DNA of 64,000 nucleotides from Chloroflexota bacterium (GCA_012799995.1 JAAZKE010000025.1:6847-70846); one strand, 5' to 3'; counted from the stretch's first letter, positions 19,848-30,352 are shown. The notes: generated from the sequence alone by a model not told the origin. Numbers and translations: made by a program.

Positions 19848-20909
19848 ATGAGTTCTAAAATTCCCGTTTCTGTATTAGCAGCCACAGGCAGCGTTGGCCA
19901 GCGATTTATCAGCCTTCTCGATAATCACCCCTGGTTTGAAGTAGTTGAGATCACCGCCTCTGACAAATCAGTCGGTAAACCTTATGAAGAAGTCTGTCAC
20001 TGGCTCCTTTCTGAATCGATGCCAGAATATGTAAAAAAGATGGAACTTCTGCCTACTGAAGCTGCATCGCTGAAGAATTCAAAGATTGCTTTCTCAGCAC
20101 TTCCGGCCGAAATCGCTGTTGAAGTTGAACCGACGATTGCAAAAAAAGGAATTTATGTCAGCTCTAACGCGTCTTCCTATCGTAAGAATCCGCTGGTTCC
20201 CATTCTCGTTCCTGAAGTGAACCCTGACCATATGATGATTCTGGAAGATCAACAGAAGAGTTATGGCTGGAGTGGCGGTATCTTCACCAATCCGAACTGT
20301 ACCACAGTTGGATTCGTCGTCCCATTGGCAACGATTGATCGGAAGTTTGGCGTGAAAAAAGCTTTCGCTTTCTCCATGCAGGCAGTCTCCGGCGCAGGTT
20401 ATCCAGGGGTCGCTTCAATGGACATTTTAGATAATGTTGTTCCGTATATTGGCGGGGAAGAGGAAAAGCTGGAATATGAACCGACTAAAATCATGGGCTG
20501 TTTTAAAGATCACAAGATTGAGAATCATCCAATCGTGATTTCTGCGCATACCAATCGGGTGCCTGTCATTGACGCACACACCATCTGCCTATCATTCTCT
20601 ACCAATGAGAAAACCGATGTTGATAGTATCATCAACGCGCTCGAATCCTATGAATTCCCAGATCTTTGTAAAGACTTGCCCAGCATTCCTTCAAAAGGTA
20701 TTGTTTATCACAGAGAACCAAACCGACCGCAACCACGGCTTGATCGCTCCACATATGGCGGAATGGCAACCCATGTTGGTCGGGTACGCCCGGACCATAT
20801 TCTGGATTTCCGCATGGTTTCTGTCTCTCATAACACAATTCGTGGCGCTGCTGGTGGCTCCATTGTCAATGGCGAATGCCTGGCAGCCTGGAAATTCGGT
20901 AAGCGTTGA
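19848..20909 (+). CDS. asd: Aspartate-semialdehyde dehydrogenase
   Basis: ATGSVGQRF, SNAS..R, NPNCTT, QAVSGAG.PG and HNTIRGAAGG motifs. Confidence 0.95.
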   Translation: MSSKIPVSVLAATGSVGQRFISLLDNHPWFEVVEITASDKSVGKPYEEVCHWLLSESMPEYVKKMELLPTEAASLKNSKIAFSALPAEIAVEVEPTIAKKGIYVSSNASSYRKNPLVPILVPEVNPDHMMILEDQQKSYGWSGGIFTNPNCTTVGFVVPLATIDRKFGVKKAFAFSMQAVSGAGYPGVASMDILDNVVPYIGGEEEKLEYEPTKIMGCFKDHKIENHPIVISAHTNRVPVIDAHTICLSFSTNEKTDVDSIINALESYEFPDLCKDLPSIPSKGIVYHREPNRPQPRLDRSTYGGMATHVGRVRPDHILDFRMVSVSHNTIRGAAGGSIVNGECLAAWKFGKR

Positions 20910-20920
20910 GGGGGCAGAAT

Positions 20921-21937
20921 ATGAAAACAGTAAAACTTGGAATGATTGGTTTTGGGAACGTGGCCAAGGGATTTCTGGAAGCGCTCCAGCAGATGGATTC
21001 CTTCTATAAGTCTGAATACGGGCTTGAATTTGTGGTTACAGCCGTAGTCAGTCAACGATTCGGCTGTGTCTACAACCCGCAGGGACTTTCGCTGGAAAAA
21101 TTAATAAAAGCTGAAAATCTGTCCCAAATTAAGGATGTCGAGCGCAAAGACTGGAATGCAATTTCGATGATTCATCAGTCAGAATCAGATGCAATCCTTG
21201 AACTAAGCTCGACCAATCTGGTCAACGGTAATCCCGCAACGCTGCACATCCAGGAAGCGCTGATGTCTGGCAAGAACGTCGTAACCAGCAACAAGGGACC
21301 GATTGCGTTGAATTTTGATGACCTGCAAAAAATTGCAGTACAAAATAATCTCAAAATCGGATATGAAGCGGCCGTCATGAGTGGTACCCCTGCGCTGATG
21401 TTGGGAACTGATCTGTTACGTCACAATGGGATTCTCTCTGCAAAAGGTATTTTTAACGGTACCTGCAACTATATTCTCACTGAAATGGAAAAAGGATTGG
21501 AGTTCGATGAAGCGCTCAAACTCGCCCAGGAATATGGATACGCAGAGACCGATCCTTCAGGTGACGTAGAAGGGCTGGACACAGCTGGCAAAGTGGCAAT
21601 CCTTTCGCAAATCATATTCAACCAAAATCTCACACCGGATAAATTCGAATTCAGCGGGATTACGAAAATTTCGAAGAAGGATATTGAGAACGGGTTGAAA
21701 GAACAAAAGCGGTGGAAACTGATTGGTGAAGTTAAAAAGGTCGATCAGGAAATCATCGCCAGCGTGAAAGCACAACTATTGCCAATGTCGGACCCGCTTG
21801 CAAATGTGATGGGGGCAACGAACGCAATCCAGTACGAGACAAAACTGCTTGGGAAAGTGACGCTGGTAGGTGCTGGCGCCGGTCGGCTGGAAACTGCAGC
21901 TGGTATTTTGCAGGATCTGATTAATATTTACAAATAA
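20921..21937 (+). CDS. hom: Homoserine dehydrogenase
   Basis: GFGNV, VVTSNKGP, E.AVMSGTP, NGTCNYIL, GYAETDP..DVEG.D.A.K and GAGAGR.ETA motifs. ATG at 20921. Confidence 0.93.
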   Translation: MKTVKLGMIGFGNVAKGFLEALQQMDSFYKSEYGLEFVVTAVVSQRFGCVYNPQGLSLEKLIKAENLSQIKDVERKDWNAISMIHQSESDAILELSSTNLVNGNPATLHIQEALMSGKNVVTSNKGPIALNFDDLQKIAVQNNLKIGYEAAVMSGTPALMLGTDLLRHNGILSAKGIFNGTCNYILTEMEKGLEFDEALKLAQEYGYAETDPSGDVEGLDTAGKVAILSQIIFNQNLTPDKFEFSGITKISKKDIENGLKEQKRWKLIGEVKKVDQEIIASVKAQLLPMSDPLANVMGATNAIQYETKLLGKVTLVGAGAGRLETAAGILQDLINIYK

Positions 21938-21944
21938 CCTCGTG

Positions 21945-21982
21945 AAAAAACCGTGGAGGTTGAGTCCGCTTAACCTCCACGG
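21945..21982. terminator. Terminator between convergent hom and PAP2 genes
   Basis: CCGTGGAGGTT...AACCTCCACGG stem with an A6 tract, which is a U-tract on the minus strand. Confidence 0.75.
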
Positions 21983-22539
21983 AACCATTGTGAACGATCA
22001 AACAACCAGGGAAAAACCTGATAAGTGAGTGGCTGAAGCACAACCACCAGGGTCCCAATTGCCAGGCCCAGCAAAATTCCCGCGACAATATCACTGAAAT
22101 AATGAACACCCATAACCACGCGAGAGAGCGTCATCACCACCCCCCAGAGAATGAAAACAAACAACCAGGGTGTTCCGAACGTTTGCCATGCCAGACAAAT
22201 AATCAACCCTGCACGCACGGCATGCCCAGAGGGAAAGGAGTGCGGATCCTGCTTCCTGTAAATTCCGCCCCATTCACCAGCAGGACGTTCTCTTTTGAAA
22301 CCCTTTTTTATAAGAAATACCAAAACAGCGGTACCTGCTATTGCCAGCCCCCAGAATGCTGTTACTCTTTGCGCTTCACCCTCTGAGAATATCCAAATGA
22401 CGAACAAACCAGCGCACCAGTACCAGGAATCACCACTGTGTGACAATATGCCAAATAATATTTTTCCAACCCTCAAATTGGAAAAGCTTTGCAGTTTTTC
22501 TGTGATTTGCTGGTCTATAGAACTTATTTTGTTGCGCAT
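21970..22539 (-). CDS. PAP2-family phosphatase (possible undecaprenyl-diphosphatase)
   Basis: K...KRERP, SFPSGH and SRV.MGVHY.SD motifs. Confidence 0.88.
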   Translation of the reverse strand: MRNKISSIDQQITEKLQSFSNLRVGKILFGILSHSGDSWYWCAGLFVIWIFSEGEAQRVTAFWGLAIAGTAVLVFLIKKGFKRERPAGEWGGIYRKQDPHSFPSGHAVRAGLIICLAWQTFGTPWLFVFILWGVVMTLSRVVMGVHYFSDIVAGILLGLAIGTLVVVLQPLTYQVFPWLFDRSQWFRGG

Positions 22540-22731
22540 CGCTCTTCATTGTATCAAACGATTAGTTCATTAGTAAAAAGATAAAAGATAGAAATTTCAC
22601 TTAATCTTTGTGATATTTTTCCCGAATAATGAATTTTGTTGGTTTTATGGAATATACTGTTTATTTTTGAGTTTTTTATCATATAATATATATGAACGAA
22701 TTATTCCCTAAACGATCCTCAGGAGGATCTT

Positions 22732-23229
22732 GTGACATTTTTATACTTATTGATCATGGCAGCCCTCCTCTTTGCAGCGCACAAAGCGACTCGCATAAAA
22801 GGACTATTGAAAGCCGCCCTTTGGTTGTCGGGGACAAGCGCCTTGACGTCTACCCTGATTTATCTGATGGGCTCGCCTGGAATTGCTGTAATCGAGTTGA
22901 GCGTTGGTGCCGGATTGGTGACAGTGCTGTTTGTCTTTTCCATCAGCATTATTGGTGACGAGAAAATTACCGGTGAGATTTTTATCCCCAAATGGCTGGC
23001 AATTTCCATCACTGTCGTTGCATTTGGAATACTTGGAATCATGACCGCTATCGACAGCATCCCTCAACTGAAAGCGGTACAGGCAGAGCTGATTGCAGAT
23101 ACCATTTGGGTCGATCGGAAACTGGACATCGATATCCAGGCAGGTCTGATTATTTCCGGAGTTTTGGGAATTCTAATGATCGTCGCTCCAACCACCGCCC
23201 GTTGGATGAAGGAGAAAAGGAATGATTAG
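22732..23229 (+). CDS. Membrane subunit of group-4 hydrogenase complex (NuoJ/DUF4040-like)
   Basis: GTG start behind AGGAGG, multiple TMs, AVIELSVGAGL.TVLF motif. First gene of the operon. Confidence 0.7.
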   Translation: MTFLYLLIMAALLFAAHKATRIKGLLKAALWLSGTSALTSTLIYLMGSPGIAVIELSVGAGLVTVLFVFSISIIGDEKITGEIFIPKWLAISITVVAFGILGIMTAIDSIPQLKAVQAELIADTIWVDRKLDIDIQAGLIISGVLGILMIVAPTTARWMKEKRND

Positions 23230-23524
23230 CAAGATCATTATCTTCGGCATTGTGGGGTTGATGGGCATTGGAATTTACTGCCTGATGATTACCCGTAACC
23301 TCCCTAAGGTTATTGTTGCACTGCAGGTTCTCATCAAGGGAGCGATGATTGCCATCATTTATGCAGGGGATATTTCAGGAAATATGGATCTGGCTCAAAG
23401 CATGGCACTTACCATTATCGTTGCCGATACCATCGTGGCTGTCATTGGGCTTGCACTCGCTATTCAGGCGCGTGAGAAAACCGGTTCCAGCAAGATCCAG
23501 TCGATTTCAAACTTGAAGAAATAA
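23222..23524 (+). CDS. Membrane subunit (NuoK/MnhC-like)
   Basis: Three TMs; GIYCLM..RNL.K..VAL and Q..A.T.IVAD..V.VIGLA motifs. Confidence 0.75.
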   Translation: MISKIIIFGIVGLMGIGIYCLMITRNLPKVIVALQVLIKGAMIAIIYAGDISGNMDLAQSMALTIIVADTIVAVIGLALAIQAREKTGSSKIQSISNLKK

Positions 23525-23525
23525 A

Positions 23526-25268
23526 ATGAGCCTCGAAACTCTTATTCCGTCATTGATTCTCTTTCCCTGGCTGGGTAGTATCCTGGTTTGGGCAATGCAT
23601 GATCGCAATGAAAAAAGGATTCACATGACAGCGTCAGTTGTTTCCATCATCTGTGCACTGGTCAGTATCCAGCTGACCTTTCAGATTGGAAACCAGAAAA
23701 TAGTCTATTATACATTTGGCGCGGCATTGGGTGAGCTCTCTTTTTCTGCTGACGCGATGGGCGTTATCCTGGTCTTGATAGCAAACGTCATCGGTTCATT
23801 GGCGGTTATTTTCTCAATGGATTACATGCAGGGAGAACGGAACCTGTCACGGTACTATGCGATGATTCTGCTGTTCATTGGAGCAATGTCCGGCCTTGTC
23901 CTCACTGCGAATATCTTTATCATGTTCTTTTTCTGGGAAGTTACTGCTCTCTGCTCCTATCAGTTGATTTCCTTTTACAACGATGATCCGAACGCAGTCC
24001 GCGGAGGTCTGAAAGCCTTATTGATGACACAATTTGGCGGAGTCGGGTTGCTGTTCGCCGCTTTAATGATTTTCAATCAGGTACATTCATTTGATCTGAA
24101 CGTTTTCGCTGAAGCTGCTGTGAATGTGGATATTGAACAGGGAGTGCTCGCATTGATTGGATTTTCTTTGATCATTGCCGCAGCAGCAAAGAGTTCGCAA
24201 TTCCCATTTTTCACCTGGCTTCCAGATGCGATGGAAGCACCAACTCCTGTCAGCGCTTTAATTCATGCGGCGACCATGGTGAATGCCGGTATATACCTGC
24301 TGTCACGCTTCTTCCCGGCTTTTGCAGCAGTCCCCGCTTGGAAAGAAACTATGATCTGGGTTGGTCTGATCGGTATTTTACTGACATCCATCCTGGCAAT
24401 TACCACCTATGATTTGAAACGTGTCCTTGCCTATTCAACCGTCAGCCAGCTCGGATATATGTTCGTGGCAATCGGCTCTGGTTCTGTCCTGGCGGGTCAG
24501 TTCCATCTGCTGTCCCATGCTATCTTCAAAGCGCTGTTGTTCCTTGCTGCTGGCGCCGTCATTCACGCTTGTGGAACACGTGACATGCGTTCAATGGGTG
24601 GTTTTTTCAAGAGAACGCCCTTTGTTTCTACCTCATTTCTGATTGGCGCACTGGCGTTGACCGGAATTCCCATCTTGAACGGTTTCTGGTCTAAAGAGTT
24701 AATTTTGGAATCAGTGCATAAGGAATCCTCCACGCTGGTTTTAATCCTGATGCTGATCTCGGTTGGCCTGACCGCAATTTATACGCTGCGCTGTTTCAAA
24801 ATGGTATTTATGGGAAAGAATGATTATGCCCATCTGCATCCTTCCCCTCCGGCGATGAAAACAGTGTTGGGGATCCTCTCAATTGGTGCATTGACGTCGT
24901 GGATAGCAATCAGCTGGTTCAGTGAAAGTCTCAAGCAAACATTGCCCTACCACGCCATCGAATCATTAAACGTTACTGAGATGGCTCATCATATCTTTTC
25001 TGATCCCATTACCTGTTTTGCGCTCGGAATTACAACAATCGGATTTCTCATCGCCTGGCTCCTGCCGAAGAAAGAGTTTCCTGAAAGTTTACTGAAACTC
25101 AGCGCCAACAGCTTTGGGTTTGACTCAATAACCAGTGGCGTAGTTCAAAGCATAATTGCCAGTGCTGAGCGCATTCGTTGTATACAGACCGGTATCCTTA
25201 ACTGGAATATATTCGGGCTGATGGTAGGACTTTTAGGAGTCCTGATTATCCTGTTTATGGGGAGATAG
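23526..25268 (+). CDS. Antiporter-like subunit (NuoL/MrpA-like)
   Basis: FSMDYM, FFWE...LCSY.LI.F, AKSSQFPF.TWLPDAMEAPTPVSALIHAATMV, AYSTVSQLG and H.LSHA.FKALLF motifs. Confidence 0.88.
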   Translation: MSLETLIPSLILFPWLGSILVWAMHDRNEKRIHMTASVVSIICALVSIQLTFQIGNQKIVYYTFGAALGELSFSADAMGVILVLIANVIGSLAVIFSMDYMQGERNLSRYYAMILLFIGAMSGLVLTANIFIMFFFWEVTALCSYQLISFYNDDPNAVRGGLKALLMTQFGGVGLLFAALMIFNQVHSFDLNVFAEAAVNVDIEQGVLALIGFSLIIAAAAKSSQFPFFTWLPDAMEAPTPVSALIHAATMVNAGIYLLSRFFPAFAAVPAWKETMIWVGLIGILLTSILAITTYDLKRVLAYSTVSQLGYMFVAIGSGSVLAGQFHLLSHAIFKALLFLAAGAVIHACGTRDMRSMGGFFKRTPFVSTSFLIGALALTGIPILNGFWSKELILESVHKESSTLVLILMLISVGLTAIYTLRCFKMVFMGKNDYAHLHPSPPAMKTVLGILSIGALTSWIAISWFSESLKQTLPYHAIESLNVTEMAHHIFSDPITCFALGITTIGFLIAWLLPKKEFPESLLKLSANSFGFDSITSGVVQSIIASAERIRCIQTGILNWNIFGLMVGLLGVLIILFMGR

Positions 25269-25271
25269 CTT

Positions 25272-26789
25272 GTGAAACCTTCAACCATACTCGCAATTCT
25301 CCTCATCCTTCCCATCTTCAGTTCGGCTCCGGTCTATTTCTTTGGGCGGATTGGCATGTTGCGTTCCAAAGGTAAACCAGGGGAAATTGCATTTTTCCTG
25401 GCATTAGCCTCAGTCTTGATTACTTTCATTTTCTTCGCACTGGCAGTCAACGAGTTTTTCAAGACTGGACCAATCGATATTTATTATGGCTCGATTAAAT
25501 TGTCTTTTGACGCCATCAGCCTTGTAATGTCAGGTACGTTGCTGTTGCTGACCTTCGTCGTGATCCTGTTTTCTCCAGTGTACCTCTCAGAAGAGCTCAA
25601 TCAGGAGAAATACTATGCGCAAGTGCTGGTATTAATGACCAGCATTCTCGGGTTGACCTGCGCAACCGATTTGTTCAATCTCTATGCCTGGTATGAACTC
25701 ATGGCAATCTCCAGCTACTCACTGGTCTCTTTCTACTGCAAAACGTTGGAACCACTGGAAGCTGGGATTAAATACCTGGTACAAAGTGCAGCCGGATCTT
25801 CATTCATTATTCTGGCTATTGCAATTCTGTTCGGCGGCACCGGAGAGGTCGCCATTCCAGACCTGCAAAACGCTGTCAGCGGCAATTCCACTGCAATTAT
25901 TGCATCGGTAGCTTTATTCGTAATTGGTTATGGTATCAAAGCGGCGCTGGTTCCGATGCATTTCTGGCTTCCGGATGCTCATTGTCAGGCACCAGCAAGC
26001 ATCAGCGCGCTGCTATCAGGAATTGTCATTGAAACCGGTCTGATTGCGCTTTTGAGATCACTTTCGGTCTTTAAGAACACCTCCTTGCCTATTGGTACCC
26101 TGTTCTTAATTTTCGGCGCTTTAAACATGCTGGTTGGTAACCTGAGTGCCCTCAGGCAAAAGGAGATCAAACGGATGTTAGCGTTCTCATCCATCACCCA
26201 TATGGGCTATATCGTTCTGGGAGTAGGGTTTGCATTGACATCCGCTACCAGCGCTCAGATGAGCGACGGTATATTCATACACATCTTCAATCACGCCATG
26301 ATGAAAGGACTGGCATTTCTCTGCATAGGGGCACTCTTTTATTACCTGAAAATAGCACACGGTTCTCGCGAACCCATATCCGTGGAAGATCTGAATGGGA
26401 TTTCGCAGCATTATCCACTGTTCGCATTTTGCCTGAGCGTGGCAGTACTGGCGCTGGGAGGTCTCCCGCTCTTCTCAGGATTCATTTCCAAGTGGAAGAT
26501 TATGGCAAGCGGTGCTGTAGCCAGTGGAGCATGGAATGCAATTCTGATTATATTTCTTGGTTTGAACAGCGTCTTATCACTGGGTTATTATGCGCCCTTA
26601 GTGAATCGCATGTATCGAATCAAGGGAGCTGGCGCCGATGTAATTGCGGAAAAGCAAACAGTATCAAAAATGATTATCTTTCCTCTGGTAATCCTGACGG
26701 TTGGAATCATCTTCTTCGGGCTTTTCCCAATGGTGCTTGACAGATTCTCAGAAGCAGCTAAAAACGCTTTTTACACAATGTTTTATTAG
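25272..26789 (+). CDS. Antiporter-like subunit (NuoM/N / MrpD-like)
   Basis: DLFNLY.WYE, EAGIKYL, KAALVP.HFWLPDAH..AP and LAFSSI.HMG motifs. Confidence 0.85.
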   Translation: MKPSTILAILLILPIFSSAPVYFFGRIGMLRSKGKPGEIAFFLALASVLITFIFFALAVNEFFKTGPIDIYYGSIKLSFDAISLVMSGTLLLLTFVVILFSPVYLSEELNQEKYYAQVLVLMTSILGLTCATDLFNLYAWYELMAISSYSLVSFYCKTLEPLEAGIKYLVQSAAGSSFIILAIAILFGGTGEVAIPDLQNAVSGNSTAIIASVALFVIGYGIKAALVPMHFWLPDAHCQAPASISALLSGIVIETGLIALLRSLSVFKNTSLPIGTLFLIFGALNMLVGNLSALRQKEIKRMLAFSSITHMGYIVLGVGFALTSATSAQMSDGIFIHIFNHAMMKGLAFLCIGALFYYLKIAHGSREPISVEDLNGISQHYPLFAFCLSVAVLALGGLPLFSGFISKWKIMASGAVASGAWNAILIIFLGLNSVLSLGYYAPLVNRMYRIKGAGADVIAEKQTVSKMIIFPLVILTVGIIFFGLFPMVLDRFSEAAKNAFYTMFY

Positions 26790-26795
26790 GAAGCT

Positions 26796-27116
26796 ATGGA
26801 TCTTAAAGTTTTATTATCTCCTCCTGTCGCCTTCCTGATCTACTCTGCTTTTAGTGCTTTAATTTATTTATATGGCAAAATGACCGCACCAATCGAGGAT
26901 AAATCAGATGAATTGAAACGGTCGCTTTATGGAAGCGGCGAAGCAGGTCCGGAAGAACGGGGGGTCCCCGGGTATAAACCGTTCCTGTTAATCTCACTGT
27001 TCTTCGCCTTAATGCACTTGGGTGTGTTGGTGATTGGTACAGGCAGTTTGAACATTGAAACTGGTGTTTTCACGTTCATTCTGATGATGAGCCTTGGTGC
27101 TTTGATTCTTGGATGA
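26796..27116 (+). CDS. Membrane subunit (NuoA-like)
   Basis: TM, loop LYGSGE, then two TMs; position before the NuoB-like gene. Confidence 0.65.
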   Translation: MDLKVLLSPPVAFLIYSAFSALIYLYGKMTAPIEDKSDELKRSLYGSGEAGPEERGVPGYKPFLLISLFFALMHLGVLVIGTGSLNIETGVFTFILMMSLGALILG

Positions 27117-27144
27117 GCGCGTATTAAATGTGGATTTTACGTAA

Positions 27145-27726
27145 ATGACAGAAAAAAACACTTTTGACCTTTCCAATATTGATCTCTCCAAGGGAAACCC
27201 TCGCAATGCGCTGGTTGATCGAATCCGTAGCTGGGCAAGGATCAACAGTCCCTGGGCAATTCATTACAACAGTGGCTCCTGTAATGGCTGTGACATCGAA
27301 TTGCTTACAATCATTACCCCGCGTTATGATGTCGAACGGCTTGGCGTCAAAATGGCGGGAACCCCACGACACGCTGATGTGTTGGTTGTGACCGGCTCTG
27401 TAACATTACAGTCTAGAGATCGTCTTCTGAGAATATATAACCAGATACCGGATCCGAAATTTGTTCTGGCGTTAGGATCGTGTGCGCTTAGTGGCGGTGT
27501 TTTCCACGATTGTTACTGCTGTATTCAAGGAGGGGTTGACAAGGTGATTCCGGTTGACGTATACGTTCCAGGCTGCCCTCCTCGCCCTGAAGCTGTGATT
27601 TATGGATTGGTCAAGTTGCTGGACGTTATCAAAAATGGGAAGACCAATCCTACAGAAAACAAACCGACGCTTATTCCTTCTGAGAGCGAATTAATCGATC
27701 TTGAGCGCCCGGCTGAATCAGCATGA
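27145..27726 (+). CDS. [NiFe]-hydrogenase small subunit (NuoB-like)
   Basis: GSCNGCDIE, PRHAD.L.VTG, GSCA.SGG and PGCPPRP motifs, giving four Fe-S Cys with CxxC spacing. Confidence 0.92.
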   Translation: MTEKNTFDLSNIDLSKGNPRNALVDRIRSWARINSPWAIHYNSGSCNGCDIELLTIITPRYDVERLGVKMAGTPRHADVLVVTGSVTLQSRDRLLRIYNQIPDPKFVLALGSCALSGGVFHDCYCCIQGGVDKVIPVDVYVPGCPPRPEAVIYGLVKLLDVIKNGKTNPTENKPTLIPSESELIDLERPAESA

Positions 27727-27736
27727 AAGGCAACAC

Positions 27737-28234
27737 ATGGAAACAGTCGAATTAATTGAAAAGGTCAAAACAATTTACAAAGGAATCGCAAAATCGATCG
27801 AAACTCCGGAAAATCAATCGAATCGCGTGGATGTCTTTATCGAGCCGGACAATCTATTAGAGGCTGTATCAGCTTTGAAGAAAAATGAGCGGTGGTATCT
27901 GATTGCGATCTCCGCCTATGACACAATTGGGGACGCTGGCGAACCACTGATAGGTATGATCTACCATTTCGCTGAAGAACAGGTCATCTGCAGTCTTCGT
28001 TTCTTTCTGCCGCATAACCACCGCGTTGTTCAGTCTATCTGCCCGATTATCCCTTCGGCAACGATCTATGAGCGCGAATGTATGGAGATGTATGGTATTG
28101 ACATTCAAAATACACCGGATCGCTCGAAACTCCTGCTACCGGATGACTGGCCGGATGGCATCTATCCCATGTTCAAATCCTTCACCGGGTTACCGGACTC
28201 AAATGTCGTAGGAAAGGCAGCCGACAATGAGTGA
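27737..28234 (+). CDS. NuoC-like hydrogenase subunit
   Basis: SI..I.PSA.IYERE..EMYG and L.LPDDWP.G.YP motifs. ATG at 27737. Confidence 0.85.
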   Translation: METVELIEKVKTIYKGIAKSIETPENQSNRVDVFIEPDNLLEAVSALKKNERWYLIAISAYDTIGDAGEPLIGMIYHFAEEQVICSLRFFLPHNHRVVQSICPIIPSATIYERECMEMYGIDIQNTPDRSKLLLPDDWPDGIYPMFKSFTGLPDSNVVGKAADNE

Positions 28235-29435
28235 TATTAATCAGACAACAGGAGCTGCTCTCCAAAAAAAGAAGTACATCGTACCCATCGGGCCGCAGCA
28301 TCCTGCCCTCAAGGAACCAGGGCATTTCGAATTCACTGTCGAAGGTGAAATTGTCGTCGATGCATCCATCCGCTTGGGATATGTCCATCGCGGTGTTGAG
28401 AAAGCAGCCGAAAGCCGAAACTGGACACAGGTTCTCTATCTGGTAGAGCGCGTCTGCGGAATCTGCTCCCACAGTCATGGGACAGCATTTATTCAGTGTG
28501 CTGAAAAACTGGCTGGAGTAGAACTGCCCCCACGGGCAAAGGCAGTACGCTGTATCGCTGGCGAAATCGAAAGGCTGCACAGCCATCTGCTCTGGCTGGG
28601 TGTTGCTGCTCATGAAGGCGGTTTCGATGCCCTCTTCATGTATTCCTGGCGTGATCGGGAAATCGTAATGGATATCCTGGAGAACTTCTTCGGAAATCGT
28701 GTCAATTATTCTGTCAATATTCCCGGTGGCGTAAAAGAAGATATCACGCAGGAATTCATTGATGGAATTTCTCCTGACCTCGACTATCTTGAGGAACGAA
28801 TGAAGTTTTATCTTGACCTTATCAACACTGACGTCACATTTCGCATGCGGACTGTCAATATCGGCAAAATCAGCTATGACGAGAGCGCCAGTTTAGGCGC
28901 TACCGGACCTACTGCCCGCGCTTCCGGGATCCAGCGAGACATTCGTGTCGATCGACCTTATGATGGATATGATCTGTTCCCGATTACACTGGTGACTGAT
29001 GACCGCGGCGACTTGAACGCTCGATTTATCGTCCGCATCAAAGAATGCCTCAAATCCATCGAATACATCCGTCATGTGATGGCACATATTCCTGAAGGGG
29101 AACTGACTACAAAAATGCCGCGGAAAATTCCAGCAGGCGAATATATGGCATCGGTAGAAGCACCACGCGGCGAATTGTTTTATTTCGTTCGTTCCAACGG
29201 TACTGAAATGCCTGATCGTGTGAAAATCCGAACTGCCAGTCTATGCAACTGGGGCACAATTGTTTCCTCTGTAGCAAAAGGACATCGCCTTGCAGACATG
29301 CCAATGATCCTGGCAGGCATTGACCCCTGTTTCTCTTGTAATGACCGCATGGTCAAGATCAACTTTGGTAACCGGAATCCGGAAATATGGACCTGGGATC
29401 AACTTAGAAAATACGGGAATAACTTCTACAAATGA
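28227..29435 (+). CDS. Group-4 [NiFe]-hydrogenase large subunit
   Basis: GPQHP..KEP, GYVHRG, L1 ERVCGICSHSH, EAPRGE, and L2 DPCFSCNDR followed by a cleavable C-terminal extension. Confidence 0.93.
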   Translation: MSDINQTTGAALQKKKYIVPIGPQHPALKEPGHFEFTVEGEIVVDASIRLGYVHRGVEKAAESRNWTQVLYLVERVCGICSHSHGTAFIQCAEKLAGVELPPRAKAVRCIAGEIERLHSHLLWLGVAAHEGGFDALFMYSWRDREIVMDILENFFGNRVNYSVNIPGGVKEDITQEFIDGISPDLDYLEERMKFYLDLINTDVTFRMRTVNIGKISYDESASLGATGPTARASGIQRDIRVDRPYDGYDLFPITLVTDDRGDLNARFIVRIKECLKSIEYIRHVMAHIPEGELTTKMPRKIPAGEYMASVEAPRGELFYFVRSNGTEMPDRVKIRTASLCNWGTIVSSVAKGHRLADMPMILAGIDPCFSCNDRMVKINFGNRNPEIWTWDQLRKYGNNFYK

Positions 29436-30352
29436 CCGCAATTCTTTCCGTTCTTCAATTGCTGATTTTTCCAGCGGGGATCTTTCTCATCCTGATCTCC
29501 TGCATTTACGAGTGGCTGGATCGCAGATTGGTCGCTCAATTCCAGAACCGGGTTGGCCCACGCTGGTTCCAACCGCTGGCAGACATACTGAAACTCCTTT
29601 CAAAAGAGGAGATTGTACCAATATCAGTCAATCGAACGCTGTTCATTCTTCTGCCCATCTTTGCCTTTGCATGCGTTATGACAGCCGCACTCTATGTCCC
29701 GATGTTTGGTATGGAATCAGTTATCGGTTATCCCGGTGATCTGATTATCACTATGTACCTGTTGTCTGCAATGACCGTGTCACTGGGAATGGCGGGTGCG
29801 AACTCCATGAACCGCTTTGCAGTTGTGGGTGCGACCCGAACGCTGACGCAACTATTCGCATATGAAGGGCCATTCATGCTGGCACTTTTGATCCCAGCCC
29901 TGGTTGCTCACTCCTGGGAAATTGATGATGTTGCCATCTATGCAAGCAATCACACCTGGATGATCCTGACCTATCCGATCGGGTTTGCGATCGCTTTGAT
30001 CGGACTGATTGGCAAGCTTGAGCTTTCTCCATTTGACGCGCCAGAAGCAGAGTCTGAAATTGTATCCGGTGTTCTGTCAGAATACTCCGGTAGAGGGCTG
30101 GCATTGTTCCACATCGCAAAGAACGTTGAGTTGGTGGTCGGACTTGCTTTGATCTCTGCTTTCTATCTCGGCGGTATCGGAAATCTGTTGTTCTTTACAA
30201 TAAAAACACTGGCACTGCTGATGCTGATTTCATTACTTCAATCCACACTCACCAGGCTGCGCATTGACCAGACAGTCGGGCTATGGTGGCAGATTGGTGC
30301 ATTGCTGTCGCTTGGACAATTGTTAATCATTATTCTGGCGAGGATTTTATGA
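29432..30352 (+). CDS. Membrane subunit (NuoH-like)
   Basis: R..A..QNRVGP...QP.AD..KL..KE and PFD..EAE.E.V.G...EYSG motifs. Confidence 0.9.
   Translation: MTAILSVLQLLIFPAGIFLILISCIYEWLDRRLVAQFQNRVGPRWFQPLADILKLLSKEEIVPISVNRTLFILLPIFAFACVMTAALYVPMFGMESVIGYPGDLIITMYLLSAMTVSLGMAGANSMNRFAVVGATRTLTQLFAYEGPFMLALLIPALVAHSWEIDDVAIYASNHTWMILTYPIGFAIALIGLIGKLELSPFDAPEAESEIVSGVLSEYSGRGLALFHIAKNVELVVGLALISAFYLGGIGNLLFFTIKTLALLMLISLLQSTLTRLRIDQTVGLWWQIGALLSLGQLLIIILARIL

Noticed and set aside
22608-22625. Rex-like box TTGTGATATTTTTCCCGA upstream of the hydrogenase operon
   Set aside because: It matches 11 of 14 consensus positions with a poor right half in AT-rich DNA. Biologically plausible, but unsupported without a PWM scan or conservation.
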